A DNA stretch of 64,000 nt. Origin: an uncultured Bacteroidales bacterium (GTDB lineage: Bacteria; Bacteroidota; Bacteroidia; Bacteroidales; P3). The notes below the pieces were generated by a model. That model saw only the letters and a program-made list of their open reading frames with translations, made no database searches and had not been told where the DNA came from. The stretch is from NCBI GenBank assembly GCA_905233475.1, contig CAJOEN010000001.1, positions 62,413-126,412 on the forward strand. Direction: 5' to 3'. Both the position numbers and the translations under genes were made by a program. Below are positions 1 to 9,604 of this stretch, in pieces (position 1 is the stretch's first letter; each line of letters opens with the position of its first letter).

Positions 1-546
1 ATTCAACGTCCATTTAGATATTTATATTGGCAATTTTCAATAGCAATATTTTTTGTACGGGCAGCAACTGCCACAATACCTTCACACACAGCATCATCCA
101 TTGCAACATAAGCCAATTTTACTTTTCCATACATCTTTAGTATCACTATTGTTTGGTGATGCCCCTATTTATAATGTTTTAAGCTGTCGTTTGATACGCC
201 ACATTGGTTTGTTCTTCTTTGTTGCATGTTGTAAATGCAAAAATCCCTGTTATCAGCACAATAATAGCTAATGATATTTCTCTGATTTTCATATATTTAT
301 AAATTCAAATTAGTATTAGGTTTTTATGCAAAAAAAAACGTTTTTTCTCAATTTTATACTTTTTTTCATATTTTTTTACATAATAAATACCCAACTGCTT
401 ATCAATCAGTACTATATCATACAATAAAATTCACAGTAGTCGATACAATGAAAAATATTGCAGACGTATATATATGACAAACAGGCGGTATTCGCAAACA
501 ACAACATTTTTTTGAGAAAAATGCCACAAAATACAAAAAAATAATG

Positions 547-554
547 TACCTTTG
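547..554 (+). promoter_or_regulatory. Bacteroidetes-type -7 promoter box (TAccTTTG)
   Basis: Matches the TAnnTTTG consensus of Bacteroides primary-sigma promoters; lies 157 nt upstream of the ATG at 711. Confidence 0.4.
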
Positions 555-710
555 CAAACGCCGTACACAATGAGCGGATACAGTTGTCGTTTTCTGCAAA
601 ACGGGATACGGCAGCACATAAAGACATGAAAACGAGCACGACTTTTTGACATAGAAAAACACGTAACAACAAACGAAAAAAATAAAAACATTTAAATATC
701 AAAGAAATAT

Positions 711-1910
711 ATGAAAAATTTTGACCCAGCAACAAACATCCAACGCATCGACGGCAAAGACGCTTTTCGCGGCGTTAATCCCGCCATCAGCGACAGTGCC
801 ACATTCACTTTCGAAAAGGCACACCTAATGACCGACACTTTCCACGGCGAAACCGAGGGCTATTTCCTTTACAGCCGTCACTGGAACCCCAGCAACATGG
901 CTCTATGCAATGCTTTGGCGGCTATGGAAGGCACCGAAAGCGCATGGGTAACAGGCTCAGGCATGGCCGCCATCACCTGCGCCCTTATCCACGAGGTGAA
1001 ATCTGGCGACCATATATTGTCAAGCATGACTACCTACGGCGGAACTTTCGCTTTCCTCAACAACTACATCAAAAAATTTGGCGTTGAGGTTACTTTCGTT
1101 AATTTCCAAGATTTGGAAGCCGTTAAAAAAGCCATTCGCCCAAACACCAAAGTGCTGTACACCGAAACAATGAACAACCCTCTGTTGCGCATAGCCAACG
1201 TGCCTGAGCTGTCGAAGATAGCCCACGCCCACGGTGCTAAACTTATTGTGGACAACACTTTCACCCCCATGATTTTCTCGCCCTACCAACTTGGTGCCGA
1301 CGTGGTAGTTTACAGCATGACCAAATTCATAAACGGTAAAAACGACTGTGTGGCCGGAGCAATCTGCGGTTCTGCCGAATACATCAACTCTCTTATCGAC
1401 GTAAACAACGGCACCGCCATGCTTCTCGGTCCTGTTTTGGATCCAATGCGTTCGTCGAGCATACTCAAAAACCTTCACACTCTGCACATCCGCATGCAAA
1501 AACACAGCGAAAACGCCATGTATTTGGCAAAACGTTTCAAAGAGGTGGGCTTCAAATACAACTACCCTGGATTGCCCGAACATACCGACCATGAGCTGTT
1601 CAAGAGCATGATGAACGAAGGCTACGGTTTTGGCGGCATGATTTCCATAGACATGGGTACTGCCGATGCCGCAAGCCGTATCATGGAGATAATGCAGGAA
1701 AAAGGTGTCGGCTATCTGGCCGTAAGCCTCGGATATTTCAAAACGCTGTTCAGCAACTCCGGCAAGTCCACTTCGTCGGAAGTTCCCGAAGAAATCCAGC
1801 GCGAGATGGGCATGAGCGAAGGTCTGATACGTTTCTCCGTAGGTTTGGACAACGACATCGAAGCTACTTTCCAACTTATAAAAGAAGCTGTTGAGGAAAG
1901 CCGCAAATAA
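711..1910 (+). CDS. Cys/Met-metabolism PLP-dependent enzyme (methionine gamma-lyase / O-acetylhomoserine sulfhydrylase family)
   Basis: 399-aa ORF with family-typical blocks (YSRHWNPS, GSGMAAI) and the PLP-lysine motif SMTKFINGKND; followed by a hairpin plus T-run. Confidence 0.8.
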   Translation: MKNFDPATNIQRIDGKDAFRGVNPAISDSATFTFEKAHLMTDTFHGETEGYFLYSRHWNPSNMALCNALAAMEGTESAWVTGSGMAAITCALIHEVKSGDHILSSMTTYGGTFAFLNNYIKKFGVEVTFVNFQDLEAVKKAIRPNTKVLYTETMNNPLLRIANVPELSKIAHAHGAKLIVDNTFTPMIFSPYQLGADVVVYSMTKFINGKNDCVAGAICGSAEYINSLIDVNNGTAMLLGPVLDPMRSSSILKNLHTLHIRMQKHSENAMYLAKRFKEVGFKYNYPGLPEHTDHELFKSMMNEGYGFGGMISIDMGTADAASRIMEIMQEKGVGYLAVSLGYFKTLFSNSGKSTSSEVPEEIQREMGMSEGLIRFSVGLDNDIEATFQLIKEAVEESRK

Positions 1911-1938
1911 GCAACACTAATTCAACAACCGACACAAA

Positions 1939-1972
1939 GGGCAGACGTTTTCACACGCCTGTCCTTTTTTTT
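1939..1972 (+). terminator. Rho-independent terminator
   Basis: Stem gggcag/ctgtcc (one G-U pair) followed by T8, 29 nt after the stop codon at 1910. Confidence 0.6.
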
Positions 1973-2058
1973 CGAGAAAAAACGACATCCGGCCATGCCT
2001 TCACCCTATCCCGACACAAATTGAAACTCCAGCACTTCATTTTTTCGTATTTTTTTCG

Positions 2059-2066
2059 TAAATTTG
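2059..2066 (+). promoter_or_regulatory. -7 promoter box (TAaaTTTG)
   Basis: TAnnTTTG match 45 nt upstream of the ATG at 2111. Confidence 0.45.
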
Positions 2067-2110
2067 CCCGATAAAGATTTTTTCACATAAAAAAACATAA
2101 CTTTCTGATA

Positions 2111-3406
2111 ATGAATAAAAGAGACACTCTATTCGGACTTATCGTAATAGGAATATTGTATTTTATCTTCGGTTTTGTGACGTGGCTCAACGGCACTCTG
2201 ATACCATTTTTGCAGACCGCCTGCCAGCTTAGCGAGGTGGCGGCATACCTAGTTACTTTTGCTTTCTACATCTCGTATTTCGTATGGGCGTTGCCCTCGT
2301 CGGTGATACTCAAACGCACGGGTTTCAAAAACGGCATCGCCATCGGTCTTTTTGTTATGGCAATAGGCGCGGCTCTGTTCATACCTGCTTCATATACAAG
2401 GTCGTACATACTGTTCCTTGTGGCGTTGTTCATCATGGGTTCCGGCCTTGCGCTGATGCAGACCGCCGTAAACCCCTACGTTACCATCCTCGGACCTATC
2501 GAGAGTGCAGCCAAACGCATGAGTATCATGGGTATCTGCAACAAGTTTGCGGGCATCCTCGCCCCTATCATCCTCGGCTCGATACTGCTTGTGGGCTTCG
2601 ACACACTTACCGCCGAAATCAACCAAGCCGCCAATCCCGCCGACAAGGAAGCCTTGCTCAACACCCTGTCCATCAGGCTTGTACGTCCTTACACGGTAAT
2701 GACTGTTATACTCACCCTCCTTGGCCTGCTCATCTGCTTTATGCACCTGCCAGAAGTGGAGGACAAAGGCACCGACACTGCGCAAGGCCACTCCAGCATC
2801 TGGCGTCAGGCCCGCCTGTGGTTCGGCGTGATAGCCCTGTTTTTCTACGTGGGCGTGGAGGTTATTGCCGGCGACACCATCATCAAATACGGCATGAGCC
2901 TCGGCATAGCTCAGGAGTCGGCCAAATATTTCACCAGTTTCACGCTGATAGCCATGGTGATAGGCTATTTTATGGGCGTGGTGCTGATACCGAAAGTCAT
3001 CAACCAGCGGCAGGCACTTATCGGCTGTGCGGTGGTGGGCATTGCCTTGGCCGCCTGTGCAGTGATAGTCCCCAAGGGGCTGTCGGTTAGTTTCCCCTTC
3101 ATCGACCTCGGCACTTTCAGCCGGATACAGATGCAGGTGCCTATCACGGTGCTGTTTGTAGCCCTGCTGGGCTTGGCCAACGCCTTGGTGTGGCCCGCAA
3201 TATGGCCGCTTGCCCTCGAGGGTGCGGGAGAGCATACCAAAACGGGCTCGGCACTGCTTATCATGGCAATAGCAGGCGGCGCCACTCTGCCACTGCTCTA
3301 CGGCAAAATGTCAGGCATTTTCGGCACACAGACGGCCTACCTCGTGGCAATTCCCTGCTACCTTGTAATTCTGGCCTTTGCCATTTACTGCCGCAAAAGA
3401 AAATAA
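2111..3406 (+). CDS. MFS sugar transporter (glucose/galactose or fucose permease family)
   Basis: 431 aa with about 12 hydrophobic helices; the N-terminus FGFVTWLNGTLIPFLQ is typical of the GluP/FucP MFS subfamily. Confidence 0.8.
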   Translation: MNKRDTLFGLIVIGILYFIFGFVTWLNGTLIPFLQTACQLSEVAAYLVTFAFYISYFVWALPSSVILKRTGFKNGIAIGLFVMAIGAALFIPASYTRSYILFLVALFIMGSGLALMQTAVNPYVTILGPIESAAKRMSIMGICNKFAGILAPIILGSILLVGFDTLTAEINQAANPADKEALLNTLSIRLVRPYTVMTVILTLLGLLICFMHLPEVEDKGTDTAQGHSSIWRQARLWFGVIALFFYVGVEVIAGDTIIKYGMSLGIAQESAKYFTSFTLIAMVIGYFMGVVLIPKVINQRQALIGCAVVGIALAACAVIVPKGLSVSFPFIDLGTFSRIQMQVPITVLFVALLGLANALVWPAIWPLALEGAGEHTKTGSALLIMAIAGGATLPLLYGKMSGIFGTQTAYLVAIPCYLVILAFAIYCRKRK

Positions 3407-3435
3407 ATCCCTTAACACAAAAAAAATACGATTAA

Positions 3436-5658
3436 ATGCATTCGCTCCACATCGACCAATATCTGCAAATGGACACCACCGGATACCGTGTCCTTATCTC
3501 GGTGCTTGCCATCATAGTGTCCATCATAATCCTGAACAAGGTAAACAAAACCAAGCTCAACCATTTTATTAGCGACAAAGTAAAATTCCTCGCCGGCGGC
3601 ATTTTCCTCTCCGGCATTATTCTGTATATGATAGGATTTTGGGACGAGGGTTCCAAGGGCAACATCCTCACTTTGTTCTTCCGTGCCTCGCTGTCGTCGC
3701 TGGAGATGTTCGTGTCGCATTCCGACCTTATCGAAGTCCGTCACAGCATGCACGAAAACGCCTTGTACATGTTTGTCTTTGCCCTTGTGCACTTCCTTGC
3801 GGTGCTTTTGAGTGCCATCTTGATAATCCCGTTGATAGCCTACATCTGGCACTCGAAGAGTGTTTTGCGCAAGCTGCGCACCCCGCGTCTTTTCATTTTC
3901 TGGGGCGAAAGCACCAGTTCCTTCATGCTTGCCGAGGACATAATTCGGACACAGAAGGACAACAATTACAGGATTCTTTTCCTCGAGACGCCTTCGGACG
4001 GCAAAGGCTCCGATTCGTCGATACATTTCACACACCTTTTCAGCGGCTCGCTGGTGAAAAACGAGCGCATGGAGCGTATCGCCAACCTCCGCGCCCTGTT
4101 GCTCTCCAGCAAAGTAAGCCTGCTTAAACGCGACAACGAGCAGTCGCTCAAGGACATATTAAGTTACGCCGGACTTTCGTTTCTGTACAAATGTCTCGCC
4201 AAGGACACCATCAAAGACATCAAAATATTCTTTCTGTCGAGCGACCAGGAGATGAACCGCAAAAACGCTTCCGCCCTCATCTCCACCACGGAACCGAAAG
4301 ACAGCCCAATGCTGAAAAAGAAAGTCGAGGTGTACTGCCACTCGTTCTACAACGACCTCTGCGTGGTTTACAGCTACGGTTCGCTGTACATGCGCAGCCT
4401 CGGCAAAAACAACGTAAGCCTCAGCATCGTGGACTCCGCACGTCTGTCGATAGTGGAGCTGAAAAACAACCCCATACACCACCCGGTAAACTATGTAAAT
4501 CCCGATACCACCACAGCCACGGCACGCAAGCCCTTCACGGCACTGATAGTAGGTTTCGACGAGTCGGGCGAGGAGGCACTGAAATTCGTTTATGAATTCG
4601 GATGCTTTGTCGGCGCCGACGGAAAAAAGAACCCCCTGAAATGTTATGTACTCTGTGCCAATGCCGAGGGAACCAAAAACCGATACTATCTGGCACATCC
4701 CTCTTTCGCCAACAACCCTGAGGTGGAATTCATCTCCTTCTCGAAAAATTCCAAGGAGTTCCACGCATGGGAGAAAAACGTGCTTAACGACCTCAATTTC
4801 GTGTTTGTGAACACCGGCGACGATATGACTAACCTGGGCATGGCCACCGACATACTGCACCTTGCCCACCGCAACCGCACCACCGACCCGCATTATTTCA
4901 AGATTTTCATCCGTTCGTACGACATAAAATATTACAACGAGCTTTGCGACATGGCAACCTACTACAACAACACCAACCCGGAATGGGGCGAGAACGTGGT
5001 GGTGTTCGGCTGCAAAAAGGACTTGTTCACCTACAAGAGCGTGGTGAACCAGCAGGCCGTGATGGACTCCATCGCTTTCTACAACGTCTTTGCCAAGATG
5101 ACAGGCTGCGAGGACTGGATGACCCGCTACAAAAACCTGAGCCGCACCTACGCCCAGCATCAGGAGCTGGCCTACTCGCTCAACCAAGACATGTCCAACT
5201 ATTGGCACGCCCGCACCAAGGCACTGCTTGCCGGCGTAAACAACACCTCCGACAAGGAACGTTTCGAACAGCTTCTGCAATGCGTGGCCACACGTCCCGA
5301 CATGACGCACTACGCCGAAGAACTGGCACAATGCAAAACACCCGAGGAGCACAACGCCGTGGTTCGCAAATACTGCACCTACCAAGGCACCGACGAGCAA
5401 CGGCAGATACTGTTCAACCTCGCCAAAACCGAGCACATGCGCTGGTGCGCCATGATGGAGATAATGGGTTACACGCCCTACTACGAAGACATCCAGGACG
5501 GCGACGCCAGAATAAAAGACACCATCAAGAAAAAGCACTCCTGCATGGTGAGCATAGAAAAAATGCAGACAGTATCGTCGCTGAGCGAGACAATACCCTA
5601 CGACTACGCCGTGGTGGACATCTGTCTGCAAATGGCCGCCGGACTAATACACATGTAA
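3436..5658 (+). CDS. Membrane protein: N-terminal ~4 TM helices, two Rossmann-like modules, C-terminal RyR-like domain; function unknown
   Basis: 740-aa ORF. Hydrophobic helices fall in aa 15-140. Beta-alpha starts LFIFWGESTSSFMLAEDII and ALIVGFDESGEEALKFVYEFG. C-terminal LAKTEHMRWCAMMEIMGYTP...KKHSCMVSIEKM resembles the bacterial RyR domain pattern (LAxxxHxxW...GW...K.HPCLVPYEEL). The start could instead be the Met at aa 12. Confidence 0.6.
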   Translation: MHSLHIDQYLQMDTTGYRVLISVLAIIVSIIILNKVNKTKLNHFISDKVKFLAGGIFLSGIILYMIGFWDEGSKGNILTLFFRASLSSLEMFVSHSDLIEVRHSMHENALYMFVFALVHFLAVLLSAILIIPLIAYIWHSKSVLRKLRTPRLFIFWGESTSSFMLAEDIIRTQKDNNYRILFLETPSDGKGSDSSIHFTHLFSGSLVKNERMERIANLRALLLSSKVSLLKRDNEQSLKDILSYAGLSFLYKCLAKDTIKDIKIFFLSSDQEMNRKNASALISTTEPKDSPMLKKKVEVYCHSFYNDLCVVYSYGSLYMRSLGKNNVSLSIVDSARLSIVELKNNPIHHPVNYVNPDTTTATARKPFTALIVGFDESGEEALKFVYEFGCFVGADGKKNPLKCYVLCANAEGTKNRYYLAHPSFANNPEVEFISFSKNSKEFHAWEKNVLNDLNFVFVNTGDDMTNLGMATDILHLAHRNRTTDPHYFKIFIRSYDIKYYNELCDMATYYNNTNPEWGENVVVFGCKKDLFTYKSVVNQQAVMDSIAFYNVFAKMTGCEDWMTRYKNLSRTYAQHQELAYSLNQDMSNYWHARTKALLAGVNNTSDKERFEQLLQCVATRPDMTHYAEELAQCKTPEEHNAVVRKYCTYQGTDEQRQILFNLAKTEHMRWCAMMEIMGYTPYYEDIQDGDARIKDTIKKKHSCMVSIEKMQTVSSLSETIPYDYAVVDICLQMAAGLIHM

Positions 5659-5674
5659 AAACACTTACGACAAT

Positions 5675-5712
5675 AAAAAACGGGAGGGTTGTAGCAACGC
5701 CTCCCGTTTTTT
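5675..5712. terminator. Bidirectional rho-independent terminator
   Basis: Layout is A6-cgggagg-loop-cctcccg-T6, placed between the convergent genes ending at 5658 (+) and 5732 (-). Confidence 0.7.
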
Positions 5713-5731
5713 ATTTTCTCTTGCCCTCTGC

Positions 5732-6142
5732 TTAAGCCTTGGCAGGTTCTTCGGCAGCAATTTCCTGTTGCTCTGCGGCCTCCTCAATCATGTCGTCGAT
5801 TTTGTCGTTCATGTTCACCATACGTTCCTTGTCGGGATTGCGGTAATACAATTCATTGTTAAGATACTCCTGAACGGCGATAAGAGTGGGCTTGGGCAGC
5901 TGCTCGTAGTAGCGCACCACCTCTATCTGCTCGCGGTTTTCGAAAATCTCGTCAATAGAGTCGGACGACGACACGAACTCCTCAATTTTTTTATTCAACT
6001 CACGTTTCATCTCCGACGAAATTTGGTCGGAACGCTTTGCCAACATAGCTACCGTTTCGTAGATATTGCCGGTTTTGTTGTCAAAATCACGCACGTCACG
6101 TGTAATCGTGGTACTTGTTGTCTTGTATTTTTTTATATCCAT
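5732..6142 (-). CDS. rpoZ: DNA-directed RNA polymerase subunit omega-like protein (Bacteroidetes long form)
   Basis: 136 aa; the core NIYETVAMLAKRSDQIS matches the RpoZ/Rpb6 signature (N.YElv..aakRA.ql); sits directly downstream of bamD, as is usual in Bacteroidetes. Confidence 0.6.
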   Translation of the reverse strand: MDIKKYKTTSTTITRDVRDFDNKTGNIYETVAMLAKRSDQISSEMKRELNKKIEEFVSSSDSIDEIFENREQIEVVRYYEQLPKPTLIAVQEYLNNELYYRNPDKERMVNMNDKIDDMIEEAAEQQEIAAEEPAKA

Positions 6143-6155
6143 TGTAATAATATTT

Positions 6156-6959
6156 TTATTTCGATATTTTTGCTAAAATGTTCCTGCTTTTGTTGTAAAT
6201 ATCCTGAAGTTCGGACTTGTATTTCGGATTTGTAACTAATGCCGCGAAACGCTCAAAATCGGCTATCACCTGCCTCAAACGTTCCTCCACCTTGCTTTCC
6301 TGACTGTTTATGGCCAGCTCGTAGCCCGCTTTTATCATATAAAACATGGCATCCTCCTTGCTTGCCGATTCGGGATAGTTACTGATAAAGTTGCCAAACG
6401 ACACATAAGCCGCATGATACGCCTCAATCTTGTAGTATCCGTAAGCTATCTCGTAGTCCTTCTTCATGAGTTTTCCACGCATTTCGTCGAGATAGCCGTT
6501 TATTTCGGGAATATGGTTGCTCGATGGGTATTTTTCCAAATACAGTTCAAAATCGGACATAGCCTCCTTGGTCAGCGTTTGGTCGAGCGAATAGGCCGGC
6601 GACTCCAAATATTTGCAATATGCCGATCGGAACAGTGCCTCCTCAACATGTGTGCTGTATGGGAAAAGTCTTACAAAACTTTTGAACTGATAACCGGCAT
6701 TGGTGTAGTCTTTGGTTTTGAACAACGACTGTGCGTAGTACCACGACACGTTTTCGGCTTTGTCGCGACCGCGGTAATACATGGTAAGGTTTTCGAAAAA
6801 CTGAACGGCACGGTCGTAGTCGCCTTTTTCGTAACTTTCCATAGCAACTTTGTATTTGGCGTCAAAATCGCTTCCCTTAAGTATTTTCTCGTACTTGTTG
6901 CAACCAGCCAACAAACTAACTGCCAATAATATAACTGTATATATGCTACTTTTATTCAT
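6156..6959 (-). CDS. bamD: Outer membrane protein assembly factor BamD (TPR lipoprotein)
   Basis: Signal peptide with lipobox LLAGC and TPR-like Y/F-rich repeats. The ATG at 6959 (MNKSS...) is preferred over the TTG at 6968 in the ORF track because the -7 box overlaps 6966-6973. Confidence 0.75.
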   Translation of the reverse strand: MNKSSIYTVILLAVSLLAGCNKYEKILKGSDFDAKYKVAMESYEKGDYDRAVQFFENLTMYYRGRDKAENVSWYYAQSLFKTKDYTNAGYQFKSFVRLFPYSTHVEEALFRSAYCKYLESPAYSLDQTLTKEAMSDFELYLEKYPSSNHIPEINGYLDEMRGKLMKKDYEIAYGYYKIEAYHAAYVSFGNFISNYPESASKEDAMFYMIKAGYELAINSQESKVEERLRQVIADFERFAALVTNPKYKSELQDIYNKSRNILAKISK

Positions 6960-6965
6960 AACTTG

Positions 6966-6973
6966 CAAAGTTA
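6966..6973 (-). promoter_or_regulatory. -7 promoter box (TAacTTTG on minus strand)
   Basis: Reverse complement of caaagtta; lies immediately upstream of the bamD ATG and implies a very short leader. Confidence 0.45.
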
Positions 6974-7299
6974 CAATTTTTTTTTGAATTTTTGTACCAA
7001 AAATGGAGTTTGTGTTACAATCAAAGCCAAAAAACTGTTTATTAGACTATTATGTCACAATATCCATAACAAGTTATCCTAACGTGATTTTTTGTATTTT
7101 AGTATATGGACAATAGTTTTTGTAAAAAGATATTTGCACCTATTGAAATATTGGAAAAATGCAAAAGATAATGAGATTTACTTTTACAGCAATCCATTTT
7201 TAGAGCTTACACATGCTCGCAATCTACAACAACAAAGCTTGCTCAACACATTTTTTTTACGTACCACAAAAAAACTGCCGTGATTTGAGAAAAAAAGCG

Positions 7300-7307
7300 T
7301 ATATTTG
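7300..7307 (+). promoter_or_regulatory. -7 promoter box (TAtaTTTG)
   Basis: TAnnTTTG match 185 nt upstream of the ATG at 7492. Confidence 0.4.
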
Positions 7308-7491
7308 CAGAGTTTTTCCGATATGTGAGCCGCTGTAGGACAATCGCCAGCAACACCACACACGGAAAAGGGGCATTTGTTGTTTTGTCCGCTGTATATC
7401 ATAAACATACGATACGGCAAGGATAAGACACAGTGCTTTTTAGAAAAAGTTTTTTAATGCTAAAGCGACATTATTTTTAAAGGAAAATAAA

Positions 7492-9600
7492 ATGAAAAAA
7501 CAACTTGTCATCGGACTTGCAATTGCTTTTGCCGCTGCAAAGACAGCCTCGGCACAGTCAAACGACCCTGTAGTTATGGAGTTTGCAGGCGAGAAAATAA
7601 CCAAATCGGAGTTTGTTAGAAGTTTCAAACAGGCCAACAACATCAACCCCGAAGCCGCTCCCACTGCCTGTACTTACGAAAAAAGCAAAGCCCTTGAGGA
7701 ATATGTGGAGCTTTACGCCAATTTCAGGCTCCGTCTCTACGACGCCTACGCCAAAAAGTACGACACTTCTGCCGCTCTGCGCAACGAGTACCGCACCTAC
7801 CGTCACGAAATGGCGTTGCCGTACCTCATTGATTCCGTGGAACTTGAAAATATGCTTCGACGCACCTACGAACGAAACCACTACGCCATACGAGCCTCTC
7901 ACATAATGATACGAGTGGAACAGAACGCCGCTCCAAAAGACACTCTGAAAGCATACAAAAAAGCTATGGAGATATATGAAAAAGCTATGAGCGAAGTAAA
8001 TTCTGCTTCCCAAAAGGGTATATCGGAAGATGAGGCTTTCGCCGCTCTCGCCACCCAACTATCCGAGGACGAGACTGCTCGTCCGTTTGTGGGCAACAAC
8101 GGCCAGAAATACGACGGCAACCGAGGCGATATAGGTTTTTTCACTGTATTTCAGATGGTTCCCGAATTCGAAAACGCAGCTTATTCCATGAAAATAGGCG
8201 AAATATCAAAGCCTGTGCGTTCCTCCTACGGATACCACATCATAAGAAAGACCGACAAAGTTAAAGCCTACGGCAATGTATCTTTCCAGCACATTTGGGT
8301 ACGCGAGAACGAGGATCAGAATCCCGAAATTGCCGAGAGCAAAATCAACGAAGCCTACAAAAAAATACAGAATGGTGAGGATTTCGGCACCGTAGTACGT
8401 AACTACTCTTCTTTCACAGTTCGCGACACCAAAGTGCCGGGACTTATGGAGATGCCTATCAACCAAATGCCTGCCGACTACCTGCACGAAATTCAAAACA
8501 TAAATACTGGGGAATACACCAAACCTTTCAAATCGCCCTATGGATGGCATATCGTAAAGGTTCTAAAAACCGATACCATCCCCCCCTACGAGGAAATGCA
8601 GGCAATGTACCGCAGCAAATTCACTGCCAGCCAGTATGGCAATGTACCGCAGGCCAAATTTATAGAAAAATGCAAGAAAGACTTCCGTTTTGCCGACAAT
8701 ACCCAGAAAAATCCGTCGCTACTCGGCCCTGTGCTCGCCGTACTCAACGACAGTGTTTTTCAGGCAAAATGGAAATACAACGGCTCCGCCGACAACACAC
8801 AAACCCTCTTTGAACTGAACAACAGAAAATATACTGCCCACGACTTTGCCTTGTTTATTGAAAAGACCCAACGCCGCGAATATCTTTACGACTTGTCTGT
8901 TTACATGAACAACCACTACAAATCTTTCATTAACCAACAAATTCTCGAAATTGCCGACAGTCTGCTCGAACTCAACAACATGGAATTTCGCAACCAAATG
9001 GGCGAATTCCGCGACGGATTAGTAATTTTTGCCTACAACGATGAAAATATCTGGAGCCGAGCAACTTCGGACACAGCAGGATTGGCCAGCTTTTACGAAA
9101 TCGACAGCAAACGCCACAGCCTCGACAATCCCGAAGATGCCATATATTTTTGGAACGAACGCGCCCGGGTAACGATAGTCTTCATTGCCGACTCGGCATG
9201 CATAAAACCTGCAAAAGCCCTGAAAATAGCCCAAAAAGTGGCTCTCAAAGAGAATGGAACTCCCGAACAAATTCGCGATGCCATCAAGGATAAAATAAGC
9301 CGCAAATGCACCGACGAACACCCCGTAGGCATAAGTTCCCGCCTAATGGAGAAAAACGACATATCGGCTCCAAAAGGCGACAAATGGAAAATTGGTGTTT
9401 ACGCAAATCCTTCGGTAAAAGGCTACAAGGTAATATGTGTTACCGAACTGCGCGACCCCGAACTGAAATCGTTGCGCTCGGCACGCGGATACTACATAAA
9501 CAACTACCAAAACGAACTAGAACGTCAACTGACAGAAAACCTGCGCAAAAAACACAATCTCGTTATCCATCAGGACGTTATCGACAGTATTACTTGGTAA
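7492..9600 (+). CDS. Periplasmic peptidyl-prolyl isomerase, parvulin (PpiC) type, two rotamase domains
   Basis: 702 aa with a signal peptide; parvulin signatures GDIGFF...SSYGYHIIRK and SPYGWHIVKV. Confidence 0.75.
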   Translation: MKKQLVIGLAIAFAAAKTASAQSNDPVVMEFAGEKITKSEFVRSFKQANNINPEAAPTACTYEKSKALEEYVELYANFRLRLYDAYAKKYDTSAALRNEYRTYRHEMALPYLIDSVELENMLRRTYERNHYAIRASHIMIRVEQNAAPKDTLKAYKKAMEIYEKAMSEVNSASQKGISEDEAFAALATQLSEDETARPFVGNNGQKYDGNRGDIGFFTVFQMVPEFENAAYSMKIGEISKPVRSSYGYHIIRKTDKVKAYGNVSFQHIWVRENEDQNPEIAESKINEAYKKIQNGEDFGTVVRNYSSFTVRDTKVPGLMEMPINQMPADYLHEIQNINTGEYTKPFKSPYGWHIVKVLKTDTIPPYEEMQAMYRSKFTASQYGNVPQAKFIEKCKKDFRFADNTQKNPSLLGPVLAVLNDSVFQAKWKYNGSADNTQTLFELNNRKYTAHDFALFIEKTQRREYLYDLSVYMNNHYKSFINQQILEIADSLLELNNMEFRNQMGEFRDGLVIFAYNDENIWSRATSDTAGLASFYEIDSKRHSLDNPEDAIYFWNERARVTIVFIADSACIKPAKALKIAQKVALKENGTPEQIRDAIKDKISRKCTDEHPVGISSRLMEKNDISAPKGDKWKIGVYANPSVKGYKVICVTELRDPELKSLRSARGYYINNYQNELERQLTENLRKKHNLVIHQDVIDSITW

Positions 9601-9604
9601 AAAT

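Noticed and set aside
3-292. Two tiny minus-strand ORFs at the window edge. One (179-292) encodes MKIREISLAIIVLITGIFAFTTCNKEEQTNVAYQTTA with a lipobox-like FTTC. The other (3-134) encodes MYGKVKLAYVAMDDAVCEGIVAVAARTKNIAIENCQYKYLNGR. The 72-aa plus-strand ORF at 53-271 overlaps them
   Set aside because: They are too short and unsupported to call. They could be pieces of a broken lipoprotein gene or genuine small proteins. The plus-strand ORF has implausible composition (H/Q/C-rich) and no promoter.
4159-5631. 490-aa minus-strand ORF antisense to the 740-aa membrane protein gene. Similar long antisense ORFs occur at 1020-1874, 15053-16198, 25208-26179, 29218-29940 and 59003-59701
   Set aside because: They have Val/Gly/His/Arg-rich composition typical of antisense shadows of genuine genes. 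In every case the sense-strand product carries recognisable motifs.
7308-7491. Possible small RNA or structured leader between the TAtaTTTG box and the first PPIase gene
   Set aside because: I found only weak, short pairings (ggacaa/ttgtcc) and no terminator-like hairpin. It is most simply a long 5' UTR.
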